A stretch of 49,797 nucleotides of DNA from Nemertoderma westbladi (GCA_032718475.1 JAUCBJ010006634.1:1-49797), one strand, 5' to 3'; shown: positions 35,201 to 46,787, counted from the stretch's first letter. The notes: generated by a model from the letters alone, not told the origin. Made by a program: numbers and translations.

Positions 35201-38200
35201 TTCCCTACCTCTCCGTATTTCCCTACCTCTCCGTATTTCCTTACCTCTCCGTATTTCCCTACCTCTCCGTATTTCCCTACCTCTCCGTATTTCCCTACCT
35301 CTCCGTATTTCCCTACCTCTCCGTATTTCCCTACCTCTCCGTATTTCCCTACCTCTCCGTATTTCCCTATCTCTCCGTATTTCCCTATCTCTCCGTATTT
35401 CCCTACCACACCGTATTTCCCTACCTCTCCGTATTTCCCTACCTCTCCGTATTTCCCTACCTCTCCGTATTTCCCTATCTCTCCGTATTTCCCGACCACA
35501 CCGTATTTCTCTACCACACCGTATTTCCCTATCTCTCCGTATTTCCCTACCACACCGTATTTCCCTACCACACCGTATTTCCCTACCTCTCCGTATTTCC
35601 CTATCTCTCCGTATTTCCCGACCACACCGTATTTCTCTACCACACCGTATTTCCCTATCTCTCCGTATTTCCCTACCACACCGTATTTCCCTACCTCTCC
35701 GTATTTCCCTACTTCTCCGTATTTCCCTACCTCGCCGTATTTCCCTACCACACCGTATTTCCCTACCTCTCCGTATTTCCCTATCTCTCCGTATTTCCCT
35801 ACCACACCGTATTTCCCTATCTCTCCGTATTTCCCTACTTCTCCGTATTTCCCTACCACACCGTATTTCCCTACCACACCGTATTTCCCTACCTCTCCGT
35901 ATTTCCCTACCTCTCCGTATTTCCCTACCTCTCCGTATTTCCCTATCTCTCCGTATTTCCCGACCACACCGTATTTCCCTACCACACCGTATTTCCCTAT
36001 CTCTCCGTATTTCCCTACCTCTCCGTATTTCCCTACCTCTCCGTATTTTCCTACCACACCGTATTTCCCTACCTCGCCGTATTTCCCTACCTCTCCGTAT
36101 TTCCCTACCACACCGTATTTCCCTACCTCTCCGTATTTCCCTACCACACCGTATTTCCCTACCACGCCGTATTTCCCTACCTCTCCGTATTTCCCTACCA
36201 CACCGTATTTCCCTACTTCTGCGTATTTCCCTACCACACCGTATCTCCCTACCTCTCCGTATTTCCCTACCTCTCCGTATTTTCCTACCACACCGTATTT
36301 CCCTATCTCTCCGTATTTCCCTATCTCTCCGTATTTCCCTACCTCGCCGTATTTCCCTACCTCTCCGTATTTCCCTACCTCTCCGTATTTCCCTACCACA
36401 CCGTATTTCCCTACCACACCGTATTTCCCTATCTCTCCGTATTTCCCTACCTCTCCGTATTTCCCTACCTCTCCGTATTTCCCTATCTCTCCGTATTTCC
36501 CTACCTCTCCGTATTTCCCTATCTCTCCGTATTTCCCTACCTCTCCGTATTTCCCTACCTCTCCGTATTTCCCTACCTCTCCGTATTTCCCTACCACACC
36601 GTATTTCCCTACCTCTCCGTATTTCCCTACCTCTCCGTATTTCCCTACCTCTCCGTATTTCCCTACCTCTCCGTATTTCCCTACCACACCGTATTTCCCT
36701 ACCTCTCCGTATTTCCCTCCCACACCGTATTTCCCTACCTCTCCGTATTTCCCTACCTCTCCGTATTTCCCTCCCACACCGTATTTCCCTACCCCACCGT
36801 ATTTCCCTCCCACACCGTATTTCCCCACCTCTCCGTATTTCCCTACCTCTCCGTATTTCCCTACCTCGCCGTATTTCCCTACTTCTCCGTATTTCCCTAC
36901 CTCTCCGTATTTCCCTACCTCTCCGTATTTCCCTACCTCTCCGTATTTCCCTACCTCTCCGTATTTCCCTACCACACCGTATTTCCCTCCCACACCGTAT
37001 TTCCCCACCTCTCCGTATTTCCCTACCTCACCGTATTTCCCCACCTCTCCGTATTTCCCTACCTCACCGTATTTCCATACCTCTCCGTATTTCCCTACCT
37101 CTCCGTATTCCCCTACCTCTCCGTATTTCCCTACCTCTCCGTATTTCCCTACCTCTCCGTATTTCCCTACCACACCGTATTTCCCTACCTCTCCGTATTT
37201 CCCTACCTCTCCGTATTTCCCTACCTCTCCGTATTTCCCTACCACACCGTATTTCCCTACCTCTCCGTATTTCCCATATCTCTCCGTATTTCCCTACCAC
37301 ACCGTATTTCCCTACCACACCGTATTTCCCTACCTCTCCGTATTTCCCTACCTCTCCGTATTTCCCTACCTCTCCGTATTTCCTTACCACACCGTATTTC
37401 CCTACCTCTCCGAATTTCCCTACCACACCGTATTTCCCTACCTCGCCGTATTTCCCTACCTCGCCGTATTTCCCTACCACACCGTATTTCCCTACCTCTC
37501 CGTATTTCCCTACCTCTCCGTATTTCCCTACCTCGCCGTATTTCCCTACCACACCGTATTTCCCTACCTCTCCGTATTTCCCTATCTCTCCGTATTTCCC
37601 TACCTCACCGTATTTCCCTCCCACACCGTATTTCCCTATCTCTCCGTATTTCCCTACCTCTCCGTATTTCCCTACCTCTCCGTATTTCCCTACCTCACCG
37701 TATTTCCCTCCCACACCGTATTTCCCTATCTCTCCGTATTTCCCTACCTCTCCGTATTTCCCTACTTCTCCGTATTTCCCTACCACACCGTATTTCCCTA
37801 CCTCTCCGTATTTCCCTACCTCTCCGTATTTCCCTACCACACCGTATTTCCCTATCTCTCCGTATTTCCCTACCACACCGTATTTCCCTATCTCTCCGTA
37901 TTTCCCTACCACACCGTATTTCCCTATCTCTCCGTATTTCCCTACCACACCGTATTTCCCTATCTCTCCGTATTTCCCTACCTCTCCGTATTTCCCTACT
38001 TCTCCGTATTTCCCTACCACACCGTATTTCCCTACCTCTCCGTATTTCCCTACCTCTCCGTATTTCCCTACCACACCGTATTTCCCTATCTCTCCGTATT
38101 TCCCTACCTCTCCGTATTTCCCTACTTCTCCGTATTTCCCTACGACACCGTATTTCCCTACCTCTCCGTATTTCCCTACCACACCGTATTTCCCTACCTC

Positions 38201-41200
38201 GCCGTATTTCCCTACCTCACCGTATTTCCCCACCTCTCCGTATTTCCCTACCTCACCGTATTTCCCTACCTCTCCGTATTTCCCTACCACACCGTATTTC
38301 CCTACCTCTCCGTATTTCCCTACCTCTCCGTATTTCCCTACCTCGCCGTATTTCCCTACCTCTCCGTATTTCCCTACCACACCGTATTTCCCTACATCTC
38401 CGTATTTCCCTACCTCTCCGTATCTCCCTACCTCTCCGTATTTCCCTACCACACCGTATTTCCCTACCTCTCCGTATTTCCCTACCACACCGTATTTCCC
38501 TACCACACCGTATTTCCCTACCTCTCCGTATTTCCCTACTTCTCCGTATTTCCCTACCTCGCCGTATTTCCTACCTCGCCGTATTTCCTACCTCTCCGTA
38601 TTTCCCTACTTCTCAGTATTTCCCTACCTCTCCGTATTTCCCTACCACACCGTATTTCCCTACCTCTCCGTATTTCCCTACTTCTCCGTATTTCCCTACC
38701 TCGCCGTATTTCCTACCTCTCCGTATTTCCCTACTTCTCCGTATTTCCCTACCTCTCCGTATTTCCCTACCTCTCCGTATTTCCCTACCTCTCCGTATTT
38801 CCCTACTTCTCCGTATTTCCCTACCTCGCCGTATTTCCCTACCTCTCCGTATTTCCCTACCTCTCCGTATTACCCTACCTCTCCGTATTTCCCTACCACA
38901 CCGTATTTCCCTACCTCTCCGTATTTCCCTACCACACCGTATTTCCCTACCTCGGCGTATTTCCCTACCACACCGTATTTCCCTACCTCTCCGTATTTCC
39001 CTACCTCTCCGTATTTCCCTACCACACCGTATTTCCCTACCTCTCCGTATTTCCCTACCTCTCCGTATTTCCCTACCTCGCCGTATTTCCCTACCACACC
39101 GTATTTCCCTACCTCTCCGTATTTCCCTACCTCTCCGTATTTCCCTACCTCTCCGTATTTCCCTACCTCGCCGTATTTCCCTACCTCTCCGTATTTCCCT
39201 ACCACACCGTATTTCCCTACATCTCCGTATTTCCCTACCTCTCCGTATCTCCCTACCTCTCCGTATTTCCCTACCACACCGTATTTCCCTACCTCTCCGT
39301 ATTTCCCTACCACACCGTATTTCCCTACATCTCCGTATTTCCCTACCTCTCCGTATCTCCCTACCTCTCCGTATTTCCCTACCACACCGTATTTCCCTAC
39401 CTCTCCGTATTTCCCTACCACACCATATTTCCCTACCTCTCCGTATTTCCCTATCTCTCCGTATTTCCCTACCTCGCCGTATTTCCCTACCACACCGTAT
39501 TTCCCTACCTCTCCGTATTTCCCTACCTCTCCGTATTTCCCTACCTCTCCGTATTTCCCTACCTCGCCGTATTTCCCTACCTCTCCGTATTTCCCTACCA
39601 CACCGTATTTCCCTACATCTCCGTATTTCCCTACCTCTCCGTATCTCCCTACCTCTCCGTATTTCCCTACCACACCGTATTTCCCTACCTCTCCGTATTT
39701 CCCTACCACACCGTATTTCCCTACATCTCCGTATTTCCCTACCTCTCCGTATCTCCCTACCTCTCCGTATTTCCCTACCACACCGTATTTCCCTACCTCT
39801 CCGTATTTCCCTACCACACCGTATTTCCCTACATCTCCGTATTTCCCTACCTCTCCGTATCTCCCTACCTCTCCGTATTTCCCTACCACACCGTATTTCC
39901 CTACCTCTCCGTATTTCCCTACCACACCGTATTTCCCTACCACACCGTATTTCCCTACCTCCACGTATTTATCGATGGCCGGCGCATTTGGGTACTGGTA
40001 GTAGGTATTGAAGCCAACTGCGTCCACTGGGACAGTCTCGGGGAGGGTGGCTCCGGCCCCCAGACAGGTGTCGCTCGAGTAGACCACGAGGCCGCCCCTG
40101 TCTGCCTCGAACTCCAACCGGACTCCGGGGATACACAGCAGTAGAGTCTGCACGTCCCGGAATCCCAGCTCCTCCAACGATAAACGTTGGTCAGTGCACT
40201 CGAAGTAGGTCTCTATGAAGTTGCTCGTTTCTATGCCACCGGGGACCGCCTAGCATTGGGATAAATACGAAAGGATATGTCGAAAGGATAATAAAAATGT
40301 ATACACTTGTATTCATAAGAGGTATACCGGTACTATTAATTAATAGTTCGCTTGACATTGCGTTGCAGCTGCATGGGTTATTATGGGTGATGAATCATGA
40401 TGATAAAAGAATATTGTTGTCATGATCAACTGGTATCTTTTGGGATCTTCAAAAAAGCGAACGAATTCTACACTGAAAAATATCATATATAATATTGCAG
40501 TTGCGAGTGTGGTGTAAATAAAACTCGGCCAACTCTAACAGAGAATTTGTTACAAAAATATAGGAAAGCAAAATGGGCGTCTAAACCTTTTCGGGGGACT
40601 AAAATATACTCCCATGCAAGGTTCAATGAAAAAACGTCAGATATGCCGCGGCCGCCTAACGGACTAGCCTACAGGATTCATCCACATCATTGGGGTTTCA
40701 TAATGCCTATAGACAAGTCATTTATATTATATAAAATGAGGTCAGAGGTAGATATACATTAGTTTTATAAAGTGGTTCTTCAGAGGCATTGGAAATGATA
40801 ATAATATTATCTTCAACCAGCGAGCTGGTTGAAGGCGGTAAAATGAAGTACGATACACATTACACAACACAATACACAGGCTTAGCTCACACATACAAAA
40901 ATTCAGAAATGTGAGCTGGTGAGGTTCCTTTCACATAGTTACCATGCAATGTACATACACTGTACATACATTATTTAATGAATGAATGGTACCGGTAATT
41001 GAATGAAATTAAAAGGTTACGATGGTAGGTTACCTACTGTGGGTGGGTGGGTGCACTGCAATAGGGCTATTATGTTTAATGTAGAATTTAATAGACCTAG
41101 TTACATTGTGGATGACAATACTTTAAAGTTTGGTTGCCAGTGATCGATGGGAGTTAAAAGGTCCAACTAACAATTGAATAGTCTGATAGTTAGAGTCCGG

Positions 41201-42471
41201 TACCAGTCGGACAGGAATGATTATCATCGACCCCAAGGTCCTGTTTATTATGGAGAAATAAACTGCTAAAGCAGAATTTGTGATCTATTATTCTTTAGTG
41301 TTCGATTTTGTTTCTCTATCTTGTAATTCTGTAATTGCCACTAGATTATGTAAAATGTTTTGATTATCTGAATGTGTGAATCACAATGTCACCTTAATAA
41401 GCCGACTAAAGGTCAAATGTATTCCTTTGTTGGTTGCTTATTTGAATAACGTTACTAAATTATGATTAGCGAAAGAGAAATTCATAATAAAAATAAATTA
41501 AACAAAAGGGATACCGGTACCGGTACCTTAATAATTCGTTGTATCATCCCGGTAAGATGGTAGTCCACCAGGTTGTTAGACGGTGTAGCCTCTGTGAGTC
41601 TACAGATTGTAGACTTCATCAACCAATGGTCTCCCTGCGGTTCGCTATGAATCACAGAGCTAAAGCTGCGAACCAGATCGGTGGCGTCGCGAAAACCGAA
41701 GTAAGCGGGGTTAAAGGCGCGGTTGAACATCTTCTCGAACTCATGTTTAAGTTCGGAGGAGATGAGCCCATTGGGGTGTTCGAGAAGGAGGGCTGTGATG
41801 CTCTCACGGAACTCGTCGCGAGTACGATACGGGGGTTGGAGAGACGGCAGGTCGACGGATTCCGGTTCGGGACCGGAGGCCGGGACATTTAGTGAGATGT
41901 GGAACCCGTCCGAAACCGATTTGACAACGAGCACCTCGCCAAATGCGTTAAAGAACTGCTGGAGACTTGTGTAGCCAAGTCGGGTGTAGTCGAAGGGGTT
42001 GTGGAATCGTTGGATGTAAGCTTCCTGGAAGTCGCCATCAAACATTCCGCTCGGGTAGGCACGGAGCATCTCGACGATTTGATTAACTACGTGCGGAGGG
42101 ACTTCATTCGGTTTATCGATAACCTGCGGGGACTTTCCGGCGTACCGGGGAACCTTGTCCGGTTTGTCCGGAACGTTCGGGGCCCTTCCTGCGTGCGGAG
42201 AAACATCGTGGGGTTCACCAATAGATGCCCTTCCATCTGGGACATCTAATTCGGTTCGGAGGAAGAAGAGGATTTCTCCGCTGCGAGTCTCACGGGTCCA
42301 CAGTTCGTCCCCGAACATATCGAACAGCAGATCTCCGAGTAGGGTGAATCCATATTCTTTGGCGACCAGCTGACTTCCGGTCGTTGTTGAGTAGATATGA
42401 CATAATTCTTTTTTACTCAATCCATCGGGTCGTTTTCTAAGGATTTCTTCCACGTCTTTTAGACAACCCAT
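19878..42471 (-). CDS. TDRD5: LOTUS (OST-HTH) x4 + extended Tudor protein, TDRD5/Tejas-like; 4-exon model ~1213 aa (3-exon model stopping at 30981 gives ~1104 aa)
   Basis: Exons 42471-41527, 40249-39959, 33059-30999 and 20222-19878, all with phase-0 GT-AG junctions. Four LOTUS-like repeats (PxG...Y/F...[YLF]G[FY]...L) precede an eTudor (VEVYIS...[49 protein letters not shown]). Several LOTUS domains plus a single Tudor is the TDRD5 architecture, whereas TDRD7 has three Tudors. Orthology is inferred. Confidence 0.8.
21276..23099 (+). repeat. 53-bp tandem array, left arm of Foldback element (~34 units; ~2 more units at 27341-27436 after the LINE)
   Basis: Unit GGATCCGG(GAAGGG/AATGGA)GTGTAAAAC(G/A)CGGATT...GTTAATTACCAAGTTTTATT; GGATCC every 53 nt. 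Confidence 0.97.
23240..24130 (+). CDS. LINE ORF1 (N-terminal coiled coil, C-terminal RRM-like domain)
   Basis: 296 aa; [20 protein letters not shown]...AFHLVC...[16 protein letters not shown] resembles the RRM-type ORF1 of LINEs; position immediately upstream of the RT ORF. Confidence 0.85.
   Translation: MEFADTQNELTTLLKSVKEKKSMSNGEERQFTEWLFKLNTIYVTTLGDLAKCSSDLATARQKVIDAKEEIITMKDTAARHSYSHMVINGQRPASRQTTSITPSSSVHPTRQHQMNQGCPTATFAESSNPDHSITELHRSLIQRAIGSPNTLLTTPPNAQISRRSTEIRKGRKIGNSLRSQRTTTGTVTAAPTVIQPTRKAHVYIGRLDKTVSNEQLSEYIEKEGIVVEEVIPLSSNTGNFTKTNAFHLVCTQEQRDGLINPDIWEEGIVIKDYRLSNAERLQFGLRPRTRPANQTQ
24344..27085 (+). CDS. LINE ORF2: AP endonuclease + reverse transcriptase + C-terminal Cys/His domain (frame open from 24131)
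   Basis: APE motifs WNVEG, LTET, GDFN, SVIDL; RT motifs [44 protein letters not shown]; C-terminal CWVC-x8-H-x3-C. Confidence 0.95.
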   Translation: MNELPFPVDTLPPQNSNSNTITLIGWNVEGANTTMETTIDNSFVLTDILLLTETLDNDLTIPGFSCKNIPSSKGEYGRPFGGITVAINMKHGATQNVIYISESLLAVHFAKFVFVCSYFKPNSDVAEILLELVNAVNTIRSTTKHPIVTVGDFNCRLDTGDRGRLLSEGLRGAGLHCLSDPTVPTYYSWNGSSVIDLVFVDESLLDLTTLNVKPTVNTKHQRIVIDLLTNDITERNQRTPTIRRIDTEKLGSILNQDEFQAALNDGVDSACSYITSAITKSAITRKPRKSKPWFDRECYLAKEELTACFNAMRMNSTDESREVHTTTKRRYKLLLLNKMKLYKARKEIRLIENSEEDKASFWNILKCNRTATKPAAQQVSEESWSTHFTNLLSTENNPQLPTIPEQPDNDLDKPINPAEITEAVYSQKPNKAAGPDGITGEALKHGFGHLLPFLLTLFSVCFATAACPATWLKSYLIMLYKGKGSKLSPDCYRGIALLSCLFKVYTSILFTRLYEFAERRGLLPDAQHGYRKSRSTIDAVKRLYTRINFALEPKGGHLYCVFVDFRKCFDSINREILCRKLSKLGVSRKFIIAIWSMIAINYIYICVGVHILEPITQTIGVVQGDKLSPLLFSLFVSDLPAYLIFASIWIIMYADDLVISGDSITEVQASLDKLSEYCEVNGIQVNIAKTKVVKFRKGGRLSRTDILEYNGHKLEFQSSFQYLGVTLSTKNGSRGHYDHLYSKGLSSCVVIATKVNLHIVSLESAQRLWQSIVLPSTTYGCNVFTANGDLTQLCHVQRVRGFYWKLWCGISKFASTTAILSAIDNPANSDPNVTGLTGFRRRAAAQLLSNGCHHRLCTKLNCWRPTEDCTCWVCGSLAANTDHYKLCTRIPQCSSHLKTAIWLMTTDAATLTI
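27764..28972. mobile_element. Non-autonomous Mutator/Foldback-like element nested in the larger element
   Basis: TIR GGTAAATCTTTTCGACCTACGCGTAGGCCTACGCGTAGCTACGCG at both ends; 9-bp TSD AGGCAGCAA at 27755-27763 and 28973-28981; subterminal arrays of the palindrome CTACGCGTAG. Confidence 0.9.
29420..30690 (-). repeat. 53-bp tandem array, right arm of Foldback element (~24 units, inverted)
   Basis: Unit AATTAACGTAAATCCGTGTTTTACACTCCATTCCGGATCCAATAAAACTTGGT is the reverse complement of the left-arm unit. Confidence 0.97.
30999..33059 (-). CDS. TDRD5: TDRD5-like exon 3 (extended Tudor, second globular domain, disordered region, coiled coil)
   Basis: TTGTTTTCAG|GTT TAC ATT acceptor; open frame to AAG|GTTAGA (putative donor) or, if unspliced, to TAA at 30981. 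Confidence 0.85.
33115..39970. repeat. 18-bp minisatellite, ~380 copies (plus strand CCCTACCTCTCCGTATTT; minus strand AAATACGGAGAGGTAGGG)
   Basis: Directly visible; recurrent variants CCACACC, TCTCTCC, CTTCTCC, CCTCGCC, CATCTCC; three 17-nt units near 38570-38715 and one 19-nt unit near 37275. Confidence 0.99.
39959..40249 (-). CDS. TDRD5: TDRD5-like exon 2 (rest of LOTUS 4 and linker)
   Basis: TAG|GCG GTC CCC GGT acceptor; [42 protein letters not shown]...DKYVE; GAG|GTAGGG donor (first of many possible donors). Confidence 0.8.
41527..42471 (-). CDS. TDRD5: TDRD5-like exon 1 (LOTUS 1-3 and start of LOTUS 4)
   Basis: ATG at 42471; ILRKRPDGL...[20 protein letters not shown]...[20 protein letters not shown]...[11 protein letters not shown]; ends IQRIIK|GTACCG. 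Confidence 0.85.
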
Positions 42472-45129
42472 TGTCTGATTGTTACCGATAGCAGGATAGT
42501 CCTACTGACTGTCACTGTCTGCCTGCTAGGCTGCTACCATAGGCTACCCAGTCCAGCAGTCAGCCGGTGACGAGGGATTAACGTCAGAACGTGTTTGGAG
42601 GCCTCCACATACAGACATAATACAGTAATACTGTAGGTAGGCCTAATATAAGTAAAACACGTCATAAATTAATTGATGGATTGAATCAATAAACCTCTGT
42701 CCTTTTTACAGCAACCTTAAACAAAATGAGCTGCACAATAATTCATTGAACGGGAAGGACGCCACTACTGGCAAAAATCATAAATCAAAGCCAAAGTAAA
42801 CAATATCTCTCCTTCATAGACCTCATGTCTTCAATACACTAATCACAAAGAGACAGTCAGACCCAGGCTATACAAAAGTTGTTACCTCTGAGTCTGAGCC
42901 AGCAGCTGCTACAAAGTGTTATTATGTAGACAATAATAAAATTGTGTATTACTACAGCTACATTCTTGTCTCTCACTTGGCGGGTATTGTCCCGGTCCGT
43001 GAAATCCTATTCCTGGATTATGAAATTGGGGCCTGGGGCGGTATTCATAAATGTGACTAACTAGGAACTTAGTCCTAGTCACATCAAGTTAGTAAGTGCT
43101 TGTACTAATTCGGTATTCAGAGAAGTTTGTGCTACTTATTACTAACGTATTTAGTACTAGTTGTTGCTAAACTCGTATTCATAGAATTTAGTCTTACTTA
43201 AGTTAGTTAGTATTAGCTGTAACTTAAATTTCTAGTCACATGAAGATGTGACTAAGTTGGTAAGACCGCTTACTTATTGCATATTGGCCTTCATACATAC
43301 AGTATGGTTATTATGTTACTGACGACTCTGTCCACATTATTCTCTATCTTGTTTTTCTAGCATTCTGTGTTCATTGCAAATGTGTTGTTGCAGAGAAAAT
43401 GTCAAATGTAACGACATAAAGCTTTTTGTTTTTTAAACATATATCCGACTTAAATTTCCAAATTTCAGCTCACATTCTTGAATGGTGAGATTGCTGCCGA
43501 ATGGTCCGCGTCCGTTGAAAAATGTGTTTCGCTAAAGAATTCTACCTTTCGCTAACTTTCGCAAGATGAAAAAGCGGTAGCGTTCCCACTTCATTAATTT
43601 CATATCTATTACCGAATGTAAATAATGGTATTCGATAATGGTAGCCAATTGATTTATCGCCTTACTAACTGACTAAAAATAATAATTGTTCACTATAATT
43701 TTAACAGGAAATCACTAAAATATTCAGTTTCCACTAAAATCTATTAATTAACATTAAATCTATTAATTATAAATTATTGCTAAAATGTGGGAAAGGGCAT
43801 GTTACAGTGCCACTAAAAATGAAGGGATTTTATTACAACAGGCCGTAACAGATTTATTTTTGATGAAAATATATTTTAGTGATAATTAAATTGAGTGGAG
43901 GAAATACAGTATATACCGGTATTTGATAACGAAAAAAATTTACTGGAAAACAGGAATTGTTTTAGTGACCAATAAAATTAATGGGTTTTAATGTAGACTA
44001 CCAGTACAAGTAAAACAGTAAACATAGAGACATGCAGGGCATAGCTACCGACCTTAAGTTGAAACTGAAAGCTTTTTGATAAACATAAGTTAAAGTACCA
44101 GCACTGCTACTAATAGGCTAGAACTAAGTTTAGTAACAGTTTATGAATACTGATATTTTTTAAGGGCTAGTTGAAACTAAGTTAAGTCAATGCTCTTACT
44201 AAAATCAGTTGTTTTTAGTAACAGATAGCTCTTACTAAATATAGTTGCAGCTCTTACTAAGAGCTGTCAATAAGTAGCTGTAAAACTTTAAGCTATAAAA
44301 CATTGTTTTAAGATGATTCCTATAGAGAAGAACTCAACTTCTCAGAGGATTTCAATTATTGCTACCTGAGCAGTATTCTAGGAATCCGGAACATAGATAA
44401 AGATTTCAAACATAAGAAGTGCGCGATTCTTGATTCTGTGATTTATATCAGAAAATCTGGGTTTAATCGCTAGATAAAAGAAAAAATGAGATTTATAACA
44501 TAATATATGTCTATGTAATACAGTATGTATTTTATTGTGCATTATCCATTATGGTATGTTTTACTTCTCACACCTTACACGGTGTGTTCTACTACTACTA
44601 CTAACTTAATTGTGCCGTTATTGTTTACATTTAAATTTTCATGATTATATTTTTACCTAAATAAAGAGTAGTGTCTACATCATTGTCCAGAATAGGGTGT
44701 TTCCCTTCACTTCTATGAGGCTTTCTAGTGTTCCTACCTGTCCCAAATACGTTGTGTAATGATTTCCAACCTGTCCAATATAGGGGCATCCAATCAAATC
44801 ATAATATGAGCCAACTCCTCGTCATCGGACCAATACCAACATTCCTAAAGTTAAGCATCTCCCTTATTGGCTATATAATGTAAAGGTTAATGGACAATTC
44901 CACTGATATATAATCCAAGTGTCAACTACGAATCCAGGGCTCATTATAACAACCTATACTGGACAGAGCAACGTATTTGGGACAGTGGAAATTCCCATTC
45001 TAAATAAGGGCATTTGGAATACATGTTCCCTAGTTATGGTTAAAGATATACTGTGGGGTGCCTTGCAAATGGCCTGTAAGACTGTGATGCATTATAGGCT
45101 ATAGTGTCATCATAGTCACATTATTTCAT

Positions 45130-45203
45130 TTCATGTTGTGCAATTTATTCATGTTGTGCAATTTATTCATGTTGTGCAATTTATTCATGTGGTGCAATTT
45201 ATT
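45130..45203. repeat. 18-bp tandem repeat x4
   Basis: TTCATGTTGTGCAATTTA repeated. Confidence 0.85.
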
Positions 45204-46787
45204 GATTTATATATAATAAATCTATATACATTCGTATAATAATAATTAAATGGCAATCAAATTAGTGATATCGCACCCCAGTCAAAATCCACCCTAGCAA
45301 AAAGCTTGCATAATGCTGGCATGTGACACAACCGCTGCACTTTACATACTTGTGCTAACAAATTGCAAGCATTTTGGTTAACATCACAGTTAATGCTATT
45401 TTATTGTGTTTTTAATAAATAGAGTAAAACATTGTTATAAATGTCAAATTGTTAATGTAATGCAAGCTATTAATTAATCATTTGCTATATCCGCCATGCT
45501 GGGGGGAGATATTTAGTGCTTGTAATATGTAAGCTTTATGCGAGCTTAAAATTGTTTAATTTTCTGCTAACTTATTGCAGACATTATGCTAGCTTAAAAT
45601 TACGATTATGTGATTTTTATAAAAAGATTACCCATAATGTATTGCAAGCAGTGATTCATGATTGGGCATAGTCTGGGTCATTAATAATAATTCATTTGTC
45701 AAATTTATTTTTAATAAACTATTTAGTTATTGCATTATTCATCCATCTGCGATCTGTGCGATGGCTTACTGGCTAGTAATAATATAAACTGTAATACATG
45801 TACAGTTGTACGCCTCGACCTAATGACTGTCATATCCTTTACCTCAGCGCAGCTTGAACTTACTGGTGCTGGATGTCCCGTAGCTTTCTACTGTAGGTAG
45901 AAATGGAGAATGCAGGACCAGGAAGGGACTACCATCCTGCCTACTGCCAGACTGTGGACTGCATGATCTACGTCTTGTATGTACGTCTTGTACGTGTACC
46001 TGAGTAGAGTACCGTACCGTACTGCCGTACAGTCTTACCTCTGCCTGTGGCCTGTCTGTACCTACAGTCTGACACTGACAGTACAGTCTAGCAGTCTAGT
46101 ACAGTGTAGTACAGTAGTACTGTCTGACTGTAGTAGCTTAGGACTGTAGGACAATCAGACAGTAGGACAGCGGACAGGTTTATGTTCTGATGTTGTTTGT
46201 CAGTTTGTAGTTCTGTAGTTGGATGTTGGACATATACAGCAGTACAGTGCAGTTGCAGCCTGTGGTGAGCGTGAGAGAGAACTGGAGAAGGAGAAGTGAG
46301 ACTGAGATTGGCCTACAGATACTCTGATACATGCACAATGTCTGAATGTATGACGTACGTCAGTACGTACATGTCCAGTCAGTCAGTAGGCCTATTTCTG
46401 TATATCAGTACCGTCGGTCCTCAGTATATGCCACGTTGGAATTCCTGAATTCATGCTGCACACTCAGACGCGTACCGGCAGACCGGTAGGCCTACCTGCT
46501 ACCCAGCTACCGGTCAGCCGGTACCTGCCAGCCTGCACCGCTGCACCTGGCTGCCTGGGCGAATGAAATGACCGCAAACCAGATGCGTGTTCGGGTGAGA
46601 CAGGCTGACAGGTGCTCGTTCTCGTTGTGCATTTCAGCATTACTGCATTAAATACTACTACTGTACTAAGCGCCGAATGGCGAACGCAAGTTCGGATGAT
46701 CTTATAAAATAAAATAGAAATAAAACTTTTCAATAGGGCAGCCAGGGCTGGAAAAAACATATTTACTTACAATATTTACTTACATAG

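Noticed and set aside
32788-38506. Stand-alone minus-strand (GKYGEV)n ORFs of 1485 and 480 aa
   Set aside because: They start at GTG codons inside the array and run out of frame with exon 3. They are meaningful only as part of the splice-donor hypothesis, not as independent genes.
33085-40011. 2308-aa plus-strand ORF (YLSVFP / RISLPL repeats)
   Set aside because: By-product of a stop-free 18-bp unit; antisense to the Tudor gene, changes repeat frame internally, and has no unique domain.
43033-44285. Complete Harbinger-like MITE starting GGGGCGGTATTCATAAA
   Set aside because: Only a partial inverted TTTATGAATAC at ~44140; no matching terminus or TSD, so boundaries are unsupported.
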